Below are positions 9,266 to 18,798 of a DNA stretch of 64,000 nt, one piece after another. A program made the translations under genes and the position numbers. The stretch is from a virus. The notes beneath the pieces were generated by a model. It had not been told where the DNA came from and did no database searches. It saw only the letters and a program-made list of their open reading frames with translations. Where the stretch lies: the IMG/VR virus record IMGVR_UViG_3300032156_000001, positions 96,001-160,000 of that record; one strand, given 5' to 3'. Each line of letters begins with the position of its first letter. Position 1 is the first letter of the stretch.

Positions 9266-10621
9266 ATGGCTTCTGCCGACCCGAAGTCCGTCATGTTCCT
9301 GGGTTCAGAACTGGCCATTGAGACGGCCCGCGAATCCGCGGGGGGACTTGCGGTCACCGTCATAGACTTCGCCCACAGGGAAGACCGCGGCCTCGTTGTC
9401 GCCCCGTCCGGCACCGACGAGATCGGCATCCGCATCTGGGCCAAGGGCGCGCGGCCCGGCGGCGCGCACGACGGCATCCACCTGGAGCTGACCCAGGACG
9501 ACGACGACGACAGCTACGTGTTCGCCGTCGGCGGCGACCTGAACCTGCTGGCCGACGGGGACATCGTCTTCGCCCCGATCGGTTCGCTCGTCGTCGGCGA
9601 CGACATCCCCCTGTATTTCGGCACCGGCAAGGACTGGAGTCTCAAGTACGACGAGACGACGACCGACAGCCTGATACTCAGCGAGGGCGCGGTCGGGACG
9701 CTGGCCGTCAATGGCGCGGCGGTCGTCGGCTTCGCCGCCGCCTCGGACACGCCGGGCAACGACGTGTACGTGGCGACTCAGGCCGCCGGGACCAACGCGG
9801 GGGGCAATCCGCGCGGCGGCAACCTGCACGTCATCCCGGGGACCGGCACGGGGACCGGCAAGCCGGGGCAGATCGTCCTCGGCGTCGAGCCGACGACGCC
9901 GGCGACGACCCTGGACGGGCACGTCGTGATCGGCAACGCCGTCGCGGCGCACAAGAACCTGATACTGCAGAGCTTCGACATCGCGCCGGGGGGCGAGATC
10001 CTGCTGGAGTTCCAGATCGGCAGCGGAACGGCTAGGGCCAGCGTCCACCGGGACGGCGGAAACATAGGCTTCACGGGGGACTGGTACAAGTCGCACGACG
10101 GCAGGTTCAGCCTCAGCTACGTCGGCGCGTCGTACGTGAACCTTCAGCTCCACGACACGGCCAGGATCTCGTGGGGGCCGAACGCCACGGTAGGGGCCGA
10201 CGACACTGGGCTCGCCCGCGCGGCCGTGGACGTTCTCAGGATCACGGACGGCTCGACGGGCATCGGCTCGCTGCTGTTCGGGCGCTACGTCCTGCCGAAG
10301 ACAGGCGGCGTCGGCTCGCCCTACTCGGTCCTGGGCACCGACTCCAACGCGGTCTTCACGAACGAGGGCGCGACGGCGGAGGTCTACCTGAACCTGCCGA
10401 CCGCCGTGGCGAACCTGACCTACACGGTGATGGTGCAGGACGCCGACGGCGTGCGCGTCGTCGCCTCCGGGGGCGATACGATCCGCCTCGGGACGGGCGT
10501 GTCCGCGGCGGCCGGCTACGTCCGGTCGTCGGAGATAGGCGCCGCGCTCAAGCTGGTCGCCATCAACGCGACGGAGTGGCTGGTCGAGAGCATCGTGGGG
10601 ACCTGGACCATAGATTCATAG
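9266..10621 (+). CDS. Tail fibre-like protein, partial paralog of 4964..8770
   Basis: Shares GARPGG and FG...DWSL.YDETTTD.L.LSE...GF.AA.DT.GN modules with 4964..8770. Confidence 0.7.
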   Translation: MASADPKSVMFLGSELAIETARESAGGLAVTVIDFAHREDRGLVVAPSGTDEIGIRIWAKGARPGGAHDGIHLELTQDDDDDSYVFAVGGDLNLLADGDIVFAPIGSLVVGDDIPLYFGTGKDWSLKYDETTTDSLILSEGAVGTLAVNGAAVVGFAAASDTPGNDVYVATQAAGTNAGGNPRGGNLHVIPGTGTGTGKPGQIVLGVEPTTPATTLDGHVVIGNAVAAHKNLILQSFDIAPGGEILLEFQIGSGTARASVHRDGGNIGFTGDWYKSHDGRFSLSYVGASYVNLQLHDTARISWGPNATVGADDTGLARAAVDVLRITDGSTGIGSLLFGRYVLPKTGGVGSPYSVLGTDSNAVFTNEGATAEVYLNLPTAVANLTYTVMVQDADGVRVVASGGDTIRLGTGVSAAAGYVRSSEIGAALKLVAINATEWLVESIVGTWTIDS

Positions 10622-10685
10622 GGGCTTTGTCGCGCGGGCCGGCGGCTGTCGGTTTCGTCATTAGGACGATAAGTCTAGGAGGAGC

Positions 10686-11426
10686 GTGTTGAAACAAGTT
10701 ATTACGGGATCGGGAGCCGCAAGCAAAACGGCCGCTTCCGTCAGCGGGGACGTTACCGCGTGGGCCGACCTGGACGGCGCGCTCGTACGGATGTCCGCGA
10801 CCTCTGTTGCGCACATTCACGGCGTCCTGGAGGGATACGACGGACAGACGGTCTATTTGATCAACGTTGGAAGTTTCGACATCTATATCGAGCACGAGTC
10901 CGCGATGGAACAGGTCGAAGCTAATCGGCTCCTTGCGCCAAACGAAGAGGCCCTGCTGGTTGGAACGGGCAAATCGACGCAGATAATCTACGATTCTGCC
11001 GTTGGGCGTTGGCGCATCTTTAGAGGGCGAGGCGACCCCGGCGATTCCGGAGCCAAAGGCGATCCCGGAGATCCCGGAACGCCCGGAGCCAAAGGCGATC
11101 CCGGAGATCCCGGAGCCAAAGGCGATCCCGGCGATCCTGGAACGCCCGGAGCCAAAGGAGATCCCGGAGATCCCGGCGATCCTGGAACGCCCGGAGCCAA
11201 AGGCGATCCCGGAGAGCCCGGAGATCCCGGCGATCCCGGAGCCAAAGGCGATCCCGGCGATCCTGGAGCCAAAGGCGATCCCGGAGATCCCGGAACGCCC
11301 GGAGCCAAAGGCGAGCCCGGAGATCCCGGCGCGAAGGGCGACAAAGGCGATACCGGCGATCCAGGCACGCCGGGTGCGGACGGACTGACGCAGGCGCAGG
11401 TTTTGGCGCGAGGAATGGGGGCGTGA
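10686..11426 (+). CDS. Collagen-like fibre protein
   Basis: About 39 consecutive G-X-Y triplets (GDP/GAK/GTP) at ~11031-11384; AGGAGG RBS, GTG start. Confidence 0.85.
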   Translation: MLKQVITGSGAASKTAASVSGDVTAWADLDGALVRMSATSVAHIHGVLEGYDGQTVYLINVGSFDIYIEHESAMEQVEANRLLAPNEEALLVGTGKSTQIIYDSAVGRWRIFRGRGDPGDSGAKGDPGDPGTPGAKGDPGDPGAKGDPGDPGTPGAKGDPGDPGDPGTPGAKGDPGEPGDPGDPGAKGDPGDPGAKGDPGDPGTPGAKGEPGDPGAKGDKGDTGDPGTPGADGLTQAQVLARGMGA

Positions 11427-11427
11427 G

Positions 11428-12780
11428 ATGATCGTCTTGACTGCGGACACAGACACCCTCAAGGCCGTCTTAGAGGCGGCGGGCGGCGCGTTGGTGCAGT
11501 GCTTTGCGTCCTGGCGCGATCTCACCGCGGTCACATACACGCCGGGACGTACGGCTGTTGCATCGAACGGAAACACTCCGGTTACGGTCGTTGCGGCGCC
11601 GACTACCGGACATCAGATCGTCATCGACTTCCTCTCCTTCCGCAACGCCGACACGGTTGCGCGCACGTTGACCGTTAGTTTTTATGCGGATACGACGCCG
11701 TGGATGCTCTGGGCGGGCGTGCTCCAAGCCGGTGAAGCGTTGGTCTACACGGACGGCGGGGGCTGGCAGCGCCTTGGACCGGGCGGCGTTCCATCCTTGA
11801 GCTATCCCGCTTCCCCGACAGACGTGCAGATATTCACTGCTCCGGGCGCGGGCGCCTGGACGAAGCCTGCGGCGTTTGTGCCGAAACAGGTTTTGGTCGT
11901 TTGCATCGGCGCAGGAGGCGGGGGCGGGGCCGGCGGATCGGCGGCGAACGCAGCGATCAAAATGGGCGGGGCCGGCGGCGGCGGCGCTTACGCGGCCAAG
12001 ATGTTCAATGCTTCCGATCTTGGCGCATCCGAACCCCTGAATGCCGGGGTAGGCGGTTCCGCAGGCGTGGCGGGGGCCTCCGGTGCAGCGGGCGGCGACG
12101 GCGGAGTCGGAGGCGTCTCATCGTTTGGCACCGGCGGCACCTGGTTGCGCGCGTTTGGCGGCGGGGGTGGACGGGGCGGCGCGGTCTCTGCCGCAGCGGG
12201 CGGCGGAGGAGGGGGCGGGGGCAGGGCCGGTGCGGGCGCGACCGGCACCACATCGGCGGGCGTGGGGGGCGATCCCAAACCGACCGCGATCACCGGCGTC
12301 AACGGCGGCTCCGGCTCGAACGGTCCGATTACGGTCATTACTACGCACTGCGCCGAATACGGCGGAGGCGGCGGCGGCGGGTATACGAACGTTCCTGCAT
12401 GTTGCGTCGGCGGCAGTTCGATGTTTGGGGGCGGCGGAGGCGGCGCAGGCGTAGGAACGACGGCTGTTCCCGCTCTGGCTGCGGCCTCGGCGGGCGGGTT
12501 GTCAAATGCCTATGTTGGCGGCGGCGGAGCGGCCGCCGGTACGAGCACCCCGCCTGTTGCCGGCGGCGCGGGCGCAGCCGGCACGTCGAAACTTGCCGGC
12601 GGCGGTGGCGGAGGCGGCGGCACTTCAGTGGGCGCGAATGCCAACGGCGCAGTTGGCGGCGAGGGCGGCGCGTGCGGCGGCGGAGGTGGCGGAGGCGGGG
12701 CCGGGTGCACGGGCGGTTCAAACTTCGGCGGCGCGGGCGGCGCGGGCGGACGGGGAGAAGTGCGAGTGTACTCGTGGTGA
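11428..12780 (+). CDS. Glycine-rich fibre/appendage protein
   Basis: 450 aa with poly-Gly GGGGGG blocks; directly follows the collagen-like gene. Confidence 0.75.
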   Translation: MIVLTADTDTLKAVLEAAGGALVQCFASWRDLTAVTYTPGRTAVASNGNTPVTVVAAPTTGHQIVIDFLSFRNADTVARTLTVSFYADTTPWMLWAGVLQAGEALVYTDGGGWQRLGPGGVPSLSYPASPTDVQIFTAPGAGAWTKPAAFVPKQVLVVCIGAGGGGGAGGSAANAAIKMGGAGGGGAYAAKMFNASDLGASEPLNAGVGGSAGVAGASGAAGGDGGVGGVSSFGTGGTWLRAFGGGGGRGGAVSAAAGGGGGGGGRAGAGATGTTSAGVGGDPKPTAITGVNGGSGSNGPITVITTHCAEYGGGGGGGYTNVPACCVGGSSMFGGGGGGAGVGTTAVPALAAASAGGLSNAYVGGGGAAAGTSTPPVAGGAGAAGTSKLAGGGGGGGGTSVGANANGAVGGEGGACGGGGGGGGAGCTGGSNFGGAGGAGGRGEVRVYSW

Positions 12781-13064
12781 TACTGAAGTCCGTCAGGCCC
12801 GGCGGCGATGTGTCGGCCGCTGTGCCGGAGATCGTCTCGCTGCGACCGGTCAAGCCGGGGCCCGCCGTCATCGTCTCCGGCCTCGAAGGCGGCAGACTAT
12901 AGCTCCCTCCTCGCTTCGGTTGCTGGCGCTGGCCGCCGACATCGTCCTGTCGGTCGTCGGCGTCATAGCCGTTTTGTGGTTCCTGCTGTGGTCCTTCGGC
13001 GGGAAGCCGAAGGGTCCGGGCCCCTGGGGCCGAGCATGAGTCCGCGTTTTCTTCAACAATTCCA

Positions 13065-13092
13065 TTGATATTCCCGCTGAGGACTATACACT
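13065..13092 (+). promoter_or_regulatory. Sigma70-like promoter
   Basis: TTGATA-N16-TACACT in an AT-richer intergenic patch; AAGGAGG RBS before ATG 13115. Confidence 0.55.
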
Positions 13093-13114
13093 GTACCGCC
13101 AAGGAGGGAACCCC

Positions 13115-13972
13115 ATGCCGCTGCCCGGCACGCCCGAGCCGCCGAATCCCGGCGAGACCGTCGAGGAAGTCGTGCGGAGGCGTATCCGCGAGGACGAAGC
13201 CTTCCGCACCGCCATTTCGCCCAACGACTATACCGACCGGCTGCCCGGCGAGTCGGGCGCGGCTTATCTCGAGCGCCGGCGGCGCGAACAGCGCGAGGCG
13301 TACGAGGCAGCCCTGACAAGGCGAATGAACGAGGACTGGCAGCGCCTGTCGCGCGAAAGCACGGGCCTCTTCGGGCTGACGGAGCGCTATCGGCAGGCTC
13401 CGTCGCCCCCCGATCTCGCGGTCCGCGAAATCAGGGCGGCCGAGGTCCGCGAACTCAGGGCGGCCCTGGAGCAAGGCAGGCCCAGTCTCCTCGGGGACGG
13501 CATTCAACGGCGCATTCTGCCGCCGGTGCCGGTCGAGAGGACTGGAGCGGGCGACACCGGCAACACGCCGTCGTACACCGCGATCACGGTACAGGAGCGG
13601 GGGCCGGCCGGGGCGAGAGCCGCCAGCTGGGAATGGTCGGCAGACGCGGCGACATTTCTGCTGCCGACGCGTGAAGTCGCTGCGACGCTTTCGGACCAGG
13701 AGAGGGAGCAGATCGCCGGAATGGCGGCCGCGTTGGGCGACTGGCCTGTACGGGTGGTCATCGGCGGTGAGCACGTCGGCGACATGCGGCCCAACGATGC
13801 GCTTGCTGCGCTCGGCTTGGCGGTACGGCGCGGGACGGTCGAGCTGGTTGCTCGTGAGGTCATCGGTGCCGCCATTACTAACGCGGCCGCAATAGGCCGC
13901 CTTAACGTCACCGCCGGTGACAGGGAACCGTCCCTGTTCGACCCGAAATGGATGGGGGAAGTCCGTTGGTGA
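13115..13972 (+). CDS. Hypothetical protein (285 aa)
   Basis: Promoter and RBS upstream; stop overlaps the next start (GTGA). Confidence 0.7.
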   Translation: MPLPGTPEPPNPGETVEEVVRRRIREDEAFRTAISPNDYTDRLPGESGAAYLERRRREQREAYEAALTRRMNEDWQRLSRESTGLFGLTERYRQAPSPPDLAVREIRAAEVRELRAALEQGRPSLLGDGIQRRILPPVPVERTGAGDTGNTPSYTAITVQERGPAGARAASWEWSADAATFLLPTREVAATLSDQEREQIAGMAAALGDWPVRVVIGGEHVGDMRPNDALAALGLAVRRGTVELVAREVIGAAITNAAAIGRLNVTAGDREPSLFDPKWMGEVRW

Positions 13973-14562
13973 GACCTAAGAAGGCCAAAAAGGCGTGGCA
14001 GGGCAAGGGGTCCGCCACGCTGTTCATGGAGCGCCTGCGCGCAAGGAGGACGGAGATGAGACTGGTCCTGAAGCCCGACATGGCGACGTTCGTGCACTTC
14101 GCGCTGAACAGCCCCGGCTCGTTCAACCAGTTCGGCACGATGCAGGTCCGCAGCTTCACCTCGGACGACTTCAACGTCGTGAAGCAGATGGCGCGGATCA
14201 AGAAGTGGTTCCGCGAGCACGTGCTCATGAAGGAGGACGCCAAGGCGCCGGATGAGGACGCCAAGTTCAGGCTGCCGAAGAAAGAGGTCGCGGTCGGCAT
14301 CCCCCAGGGGTACGCCGACATCCTCAAGACGCTCCTGGAGCACTACAAGCCGGCCGGGCACACCGCCGAATGGTGCGAGGCCTACGCCCCGCTGATGTGC
14401 CAGCTCAAGGGCGAGAAGTTCGTCGAGGAGGACATCTGGCTGGACCCCGACGAGGAGGCGCGGAAGGAGAAGGAGGCCGAGGACAAGCGGGCTGCCGAGG
14501 AGAAGGAAAAGGCCGAGAAGAGAGCCGCCGAGAAGGCCGCCAAGGAGGCCGAAAAGAAGTAG
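13969..14562 (+). CDS. Hypothetical protein with charged C-terminal tail
   Basis: GTG start coupled to the upstream stop; strong GC3 codon bias. Confidence 0.75.
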   Translation: MRPKKAKKAWQGKGSATLFMERLRARRTEMRLVLKPDMATFVHFALNSPGSFNQFGTMQVRSFTSDDFNVVKQMARIKKWFREHVLMKEDAKAPDEDAKFRLPKKEVAVGIPQGYADILKTLLEHYKPAGHTAEWCEAYAPLMCQLKGEKFVEEDIWLDPDEEARKEKEAEDKRAAEEKEKAEKRAAEKAAKEAEKK

Positions 14563-14584
14563 GTTTCCAAGGCCTTGGAAACCT
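14561..14584. repeat. Perfect 24-bp palindrome AGGTTTCCAAGGCCTTGGAAACCT (copy 2)
   Basis: Read directly; immediately follows the stop codon of 13969..14562. Confidence 0.9.
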
Positions 14585-14606
14585 TGTGGCGGCCGCGGAG
14601 GGAGCG

Positions 14607-14837
14607 ATGACTGACTACGCGCGAGCGCGCGAACGGCTCCGGCGGAAGATGCTGAAGGACGATGAGACTGCTGCAATTCATGCGGCGGTCCTGCGCGGCT
14701 TCGAGAAGGGCTGGATATCGGGATTGGGCGCTGCATTCCGCAAGCGGCAGGCCGTGAAGACGGAGGACGGCGCCAAGGTCTTCGTCTGCCCGTCAGAGAT
14801 CAGGGCCCTGTGGAGGCAGCCACGCTACGGAGGTTGA
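14607..14837 (+). CDS. Hypothetical protein (76 aa)
   Basis: GGAGGGAG RBS, ATG 14607, in the frame of track ORF 14370..14837. Confidence 0.6.
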   Translation: MTDYARARERLRRKMLKDDETAAIHAAVLRGFEKGWISGLGAAFRKRQAVKTEDGAKVFVCPSEIRALWRQPRYGG

Positions 14838-14852
14838 GGAAGGGGGTGCGGC

Positions 14853-15146
14853 GTGCACGACGGACCGTTGACGGAGATCGCGAAAGCGCGGGCGGAGCGC
14901 GACTGGAAGCCTATGCCGAACCCCACAGCCGTGGACTTGAAGGACCCGCTGTTCGAGGCGATCTGGCGGGCGACGAAGTCTTGGGACGTGAGCGTGCCGG
15001 AGTCCTACTGCGGTTACTGCGGGATGAACGGCAGCCATGTGATGGTGATCCTGAACGCGGTCCACGCCGTCATGGCGGCTAGAATCCATGAGCTGGCGGC
15101 CGAGGTCCGCGAAGGGAAGCCCGACGGGAAGGCCAAAACCACCTGA
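14853..15146 (+). CDS. Hypothetical protein (97 aa)
   Basis: Fills the gap; AGGGGG RBS; GC3-biased codons. Confidence 0.6.
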   Translation: MHDGPLTEIAKARAERDWKPMPNPTAVDLKDPLFEAIWRATKSWDVSVPESYCGYCGMNGSHVMVILNAVHAVMAARIHELAAEVREGKPDGKAKTT

Positions 15147-15155
15147 GGACTCGTC

Positions 15156-15401
15156 GTGGGCTGCATCGAATGCGGGGCCGTCAGGGGGCACGCGCCGGGC
15201 TGCGGGCAGCAGACGCGCGAGGAGCTGGCCGCGCAGTTCAAGGTCTATCTGGCCAATTGGCGGTCGATGAGCTTTCAGCACGCCAACAGGCAGAAGGAGC
15301 TCCAGGACCTGGTGACGTTCTGGCAGGGCAAGTTCAGGATCGTGGCCGCCGAGAACAACGCCCTGCGGCGGAAACTCAAGGGAACCGAGGCCAAGGCGTG
15401 A
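15156..15401 (+). CDS. Hypothetical protein with CxxC...C N-terminus and coiled coil
   Basis: CIECGAVRGHAPGC motif; stop overlaps the next start. Confidence 0.6.
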   Translation: MGCIECGAVRGHAPGCGQQTREELAAQFKVYLANWRSMSFQHANRQKELQDLVTFWQGKFRIVAAENNALRRKLKGTEAKA

Positions 15402-16090
15402 ACGCGATAATGACCGTCATCATCGGCCCGGAATACGAGGAGATCGCCGGGCTGACGCTGCCGCACATCCGCGCGTACGTGGACAGGCTGGGCGCCGCCA
15501 TGGTCGAGACGCGCAAGGCGGAACTGTCGCGCGGGATACTGCACTACGAGAAGCTGGGCATGCGGCAGTGGCTGGACAAATTCGACAGGATGGCGTTCAT
15601 AGACGTCGACTGCCTGGTGCGCAAGGACTGCCCCAGCCTGTTCGCCGAGGTCCCGCCCGAGAAATTCGGCATCATGGACGACAGCCAGTTCGGCGACCGC
15701 GAGAAGGCGATCGACCACATGGCGCGCAGCTTCGGCGCGCGCGGGCTGAAGCGCGGGAACCACAAGTACGGCAACACGGGCGTCATGGTGGCTTCAGCCT
15801 GCCACCGCGCCGTGTTCGAGCTGCCCGCGAAGCAGCCGCAATCGTGGATGGAGCAGGGCTGGATCAACCTTCGGCTCTTCCAGCTGGACGTGCCGACGCA
15901 CTACCTGCCGTACCGGTTCAACCACATGCCCACCTACGAGAAGGCGTACTACGCCTGCCAGCATCCGATCTTGACGCCGCGGCTTAACAGTTGGATCATC
16001 CACTACTCCGGCGGGCGGCGCGACCACGCGGCGAACATGGCCGCGATGCGCGCCGACATCGCCGCGTGGAAGGGGCTCGACCTGCTGTAG
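15398..16090 (+). CDS. Glycosyltransferase, GT-A fold (GT8-like)
   Basis: DxD motif (IDVD), GNTGVMVAS, EQGWINL, IIHYSGG; GTG start coupled to the upstream stop. Confidence 0.8.
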   Translation: MNAIMTVIIGPEYEEIAGLTLPHIRAYVDRLGAAMVETRKAELSRGILHYEKLGMRQWLDKFDRMAFIDVDCLVRKDCPSLFAEVPPEKFGIMDDSQFGDREKAIDHMARSFGARGLKRGNHKYGNTGVMVASACHRAVFELPAKQPQSWMEQGWINLRLFQLDVPTHYLPYRFNHMPTYEKAYYACQHPILTPRLNSWIIHYSGGRRDHAANMAAMRADIAAWKGLDLL

Positions 16091-16098
16091 GAGGCGCG

Positions 16099-16644
16099 AT
16101 GCGCGAAGCCGACCAGATGTTCACCAGCCGCGACGCCCTGACGCTGAAGCTGTGCCGGGACAAGGTCTGCGCCGAGGTGGGCGTCTGCCGCGGCGTCCAT
16201 GCCGCGGTCATGCTGTCCGCCGGGCCCGTGAGGCTGTACCTCGTCGACCCGTGGCGGCGCCAGAAGTGGCAGTCGCGCGGGGCCCCGTGCGACAGGAAGT
16301 ACAACGCCGCCTACGAGGAGCACTACAAGCACGTCGTCGAGACGCTCGGCAGGGACCCGCGCGTCATCGTGGTCCGGTCCACTTCCGTGGAGGCCGCGGC
16401 GACGTTCGGCGACGGGCTGTTCGACGTAGTTCACATTGACGCCGACCATAGCGAGAAAGCGTGCGCCGCGGACACAGAGGCGTGGTGGCTGAAGGTAAAG
16501 CCCGGCGGCTGGCTGTACGGCCACGACTACGACCCGGCCTCGCCGGGCGTGGTGGCCGCCGTGGGGAAGTTCCTGGACAAGCTGAAGCGCGAGCGGCTCG
16601 ACGCCAGGACCGAGAAGGATTCGTCGTGGGGGATCAGGAAGTAG
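16099..16644 (+). CDS. Class I SAM-dependent methyltransferase (Methyltransf_24-like)
   Basis: AEVGVCRG motif I; HIDADHS...WW.KVKPGGWLYGHDY; GGAGG RBS. Confidence 0.85.
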   Translation: MREADQMFTSRDALTLKLCRDKVCAEVGVCRGVHAAVMLSAGPVRLYLVDPWRRQKWQSRGAPCDRKYNAAYEEHYKHVVETLGRDPRVIVVRSTSVEAAATFGDGLFDVVHIDADHSEKACAADTEAWWLKVKPGGWLYGHDYDPASPGVVAAVGKFLDKLKRERLDARTEKDSSWGIRK

Positions 16645-16653
16645 GAGGCCGCG

Positions 16654-17214
16654 ATGCGTCCTGCCGTCCGGATGGTGCCCGATCGCGCTACGCTGGACAG
16701 GGAAGTGTGCGCCGGCAAGTATTGCGCCGAGGTGGGCGTGCTGCGCGGCAAGCACGCCGCCGTCATGCTGGCCGCCGGCCCCGACATGCTGTACCTCGTC
16801 GACCTGTGGAAGCACCAGGACGAGCGGATCTACGACGAGGAGCTCAACAGGGAATCCGACGACGCCAAGTTCGAGACGTTCTACCGGCACGTCGCCGACA
16901 CGCTGGGCAAGGACCCGCGTGTGGAGATCTTCCGGATGGATTCGCTGAGGGCGGCGAAGATCTTCAGGAAGCGGTCGCTGGGTGCCGTCTACGTCGACGG
17001 CAACCACGGCTACGAGGCGTGCGCCGCCGACCTGCACGCGTGGTGGCCGCGCGTGGCGCGCGGCGGCTGGCTGTACGGCCATGACTACAAGTTCGATTTC
17101 CCCGGCGTGGTGGGGGCCGTGGACGAGTTCCTCGACGAGCTGGGCAGGAAGGCGCTGGACGTGCTGACGGAGGACGACCCACCGTCGTGGGGGATCAGGA
17201 AAGCCGCGATATGA
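16654..17214 (+). CDS. Class I SAM-dependent methyltransferase (Methyltransf_24-like), paralog of 16099
   Basis: AEVGVLRG; YVDGNHGYE...WWPRVARGGWLYGHDY. Confidence 0.85.
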   Translation: MRPAVRMVPDRATLDREVCAGKYCAEVGVLRGKHAAVMLAAGPDMLYLVDLWKHQDERIYDEELNRESDDAKFETFYRHVADTLGKDPRVEIFRMDSLRAAKIFRKRSLGAVYVDGNHGYEACAADLHAWWPRVARGGWLYGHDYKFDFPGVVGAVDEFLDELGRKALDVLTEDDPPSWGIRKAAI

Positions 17215-17897
17215 ACGCCGTCGTGACGGTCTGCATCGGCGACTTCTTCAGGCGGATCGCCAGGTTGACGCACCCGCCGATGCGGAAGTACGCCGAGCGG
17301 CTCGGCGCCGACTTCGTGGTCCTCGACAGGATGCTGACCGCCGAGAAGTACCCGCACTACGAGAAGTTCCGCATCCGCGACCTGCTGGACGACTACGCCA
17401 GGGCCGCCTACATCGACACGGACGCGCTCGTGCGGAACGACTGCCCCGACCTGTTCGCCGAGGTCCCGCCGGCAAAGCTGGGCGCGTTCCCGGAAGGCAG
17501 CCACGTCGACAGGACCGCGGCCGTGAAGCTGGCCTGCGAACAGTACGGATTGGAGTATGCCAGGTTCAGGGACAAGCCATACTTCAACACCGGCGTCATG
17601 GTGGTGTCGCGCTGCCACGCCAGGGCGTTCGTGAAGCCCGCGGTGGAGGTGCGCGACTTCTGGGAGCAGTCCTACCTGAACCTGCGGTTCGTCATCGAGG
17701 ACGTCGAGATGCACGAACTGTCCCACAGGTTCAACCGGCTGCCCGCCTTCGACTACGCGTCGGCCAAATGCTGCGTCCCCATCGACGAGCCCCGCCTGGA
17801 CAGTTGGATCGTGCACCACGCGGGCGGGATCAAGGCGGGCGTCATCAGCCGCATCGCCTGCGACCTGGCGGCGTGGCGCGCCCGCGGCCTCGCGTAG
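17211..17897 (+). CDS. Glycosyltransferase, GT-A fold (GT8-like), paralog of 15398
   Basis: IDTD, YFNTGVMVVS, EQSYLNL, IVHHAGG; ATGA start-stop overlap. Confidence 0.8.
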   Translation: MNAVVTVCIGDFFRRIARLTHPPMRKYAERLGADFVVLDRMLTAEKYPHYEKFRIRDLLDDYARAAYIDTDALVRNDCPDLFAEVPPAKLGAFPEGSHVDRTAAVKLACEQYGLEYARFRDKPYFNTGVMVVSRCHARAFVKPAVEVRDFWEQSYLNLRFVIEDVEMHELSHRFNRLPAFDYASAKCCVPIDEPRLDSWIVHHAGGIKAGVISRIACDLAAWRARGLA

Positions 17898-17926
17898 TTG
17901 ACTGCCCGCCCCTTCCGACCGATAAT
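17898..17926 (+). promoter_or_regulatory. Sigma70-like promoter
   Basis: TTGACT-N17-GATAAT upstream of the metacaspase gene. Confidence 0.65.
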
Positions 17927-17968
17927 GGCCCTATGAAGGGGGAACGGCCAATGGCGGAGGAAAAACCC

Positions 17969-18784
17969 ATGCGAAAAGCCCTTCTTGTTGGCATCAACCA
18001 GTACAGCGCGCCGTACGCGCTGCAGGGCTGCGTCAACGACGTCATGGCGATGCGCAGCCTGCTGCGCGACTACCTGGGCTTCCCGGCGTCGGGCATCCTG
18101 ATCCTGAAGGACAAGCAGGCGACCACGAGGAACATCCTGAACGGCCTGAGGTGGCTGGCCAACATCAACGCCGGCGGCATCGCCCTGTTCCACTATTCCG
18201 GTCACGGCGCGCAGGTGCTCACCAGCGACCCCGGCGAGCCGGACGGATTGGCCGAGTGCATCTGCCCGGTCGACTTCAACTGGACGCCGCAGCGCATGAT
18301 CACCGACAAGCAGCTTGTCGCGGCGCTGGCGTTGCTGCCGTCCACCGCGGCTACGAACTGGTTGTCGGATTCCTGCCATGCGGGAGGACTGGACGAGACC
18401 GACCGCGGCGCCAAATCGCTCGCGACCGACAAGCGGACCCTGCGGCACATGATACTGCCGCCTGCCATGGCCGCCGAGGTGGAGCGCCTGAGGAAGAAGA
18501 AAAAGACCAAGGTGCGGACGATGGCGAAGTCGCTGAAGGCGGCGGAACTGGCCGTAGGCTTCATGGCGGCCTGCAGGGCCAACCAGACGGCGTCCGACAC
18601 GTACGAGGACGGTCGGTGGTGCGGCGCGTTCACGTGGGCGTTCCTGAAGGCCGTGAAGGCCAATACCCGCGCGGCGCTGACCGACCTCTGCGCGACCACG
18701 CGTTCGACCCTGTCGAAGGCGCGCTACTCGCAGGCCCCGCAGGTGGAAGGCACGAGGATCGACAAGCCGTTCCTGTCCTGGTGA
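17969..18784 (+). CDS. Caspase-family protease (peptidase C14, metacaspase-like)
   Basis: RKALLVGINQY, L.GCVNDV, HYSGHG (catalytic His), DSCH (catalytic Cys), AAC...Q.A.D, GAFT; GGAGG RBS at 17956. Confidence 0.9.
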   Translation: MRKALLVGINQYSAPYALQGCVNDVMAMRSLLRDYLGFPASGILILKDKQATTRNILNGLRWLANINAGGIALFHYSGHGAQVLTSDPGEPDGLAECICPVDFNWTPQRMITDKQLVAALALLPSTAATNWLSDSCHAGGLDETDRGAKSLATDKRTLRHMILPPAMAAEVERLRKKKKTKVRTMAKSLKAAELAVGFMAACRANQTASDTYEDGRWCGAFTWAFLKAVKANTRAALTDLCATTRSTLSKARYSQAPQVEGTRIDKPFLSW

Positions 18785-18798
18785 CGGAAGGAGGTCCG

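Noticed and set aside
12777-13065. Small ORFs between the fibre and accessory operons (a ~41-aa GTG ORF and a ~39-aa TM-like peptide)
   Set aside because: Plausible but too short and without a clear RBS or start.
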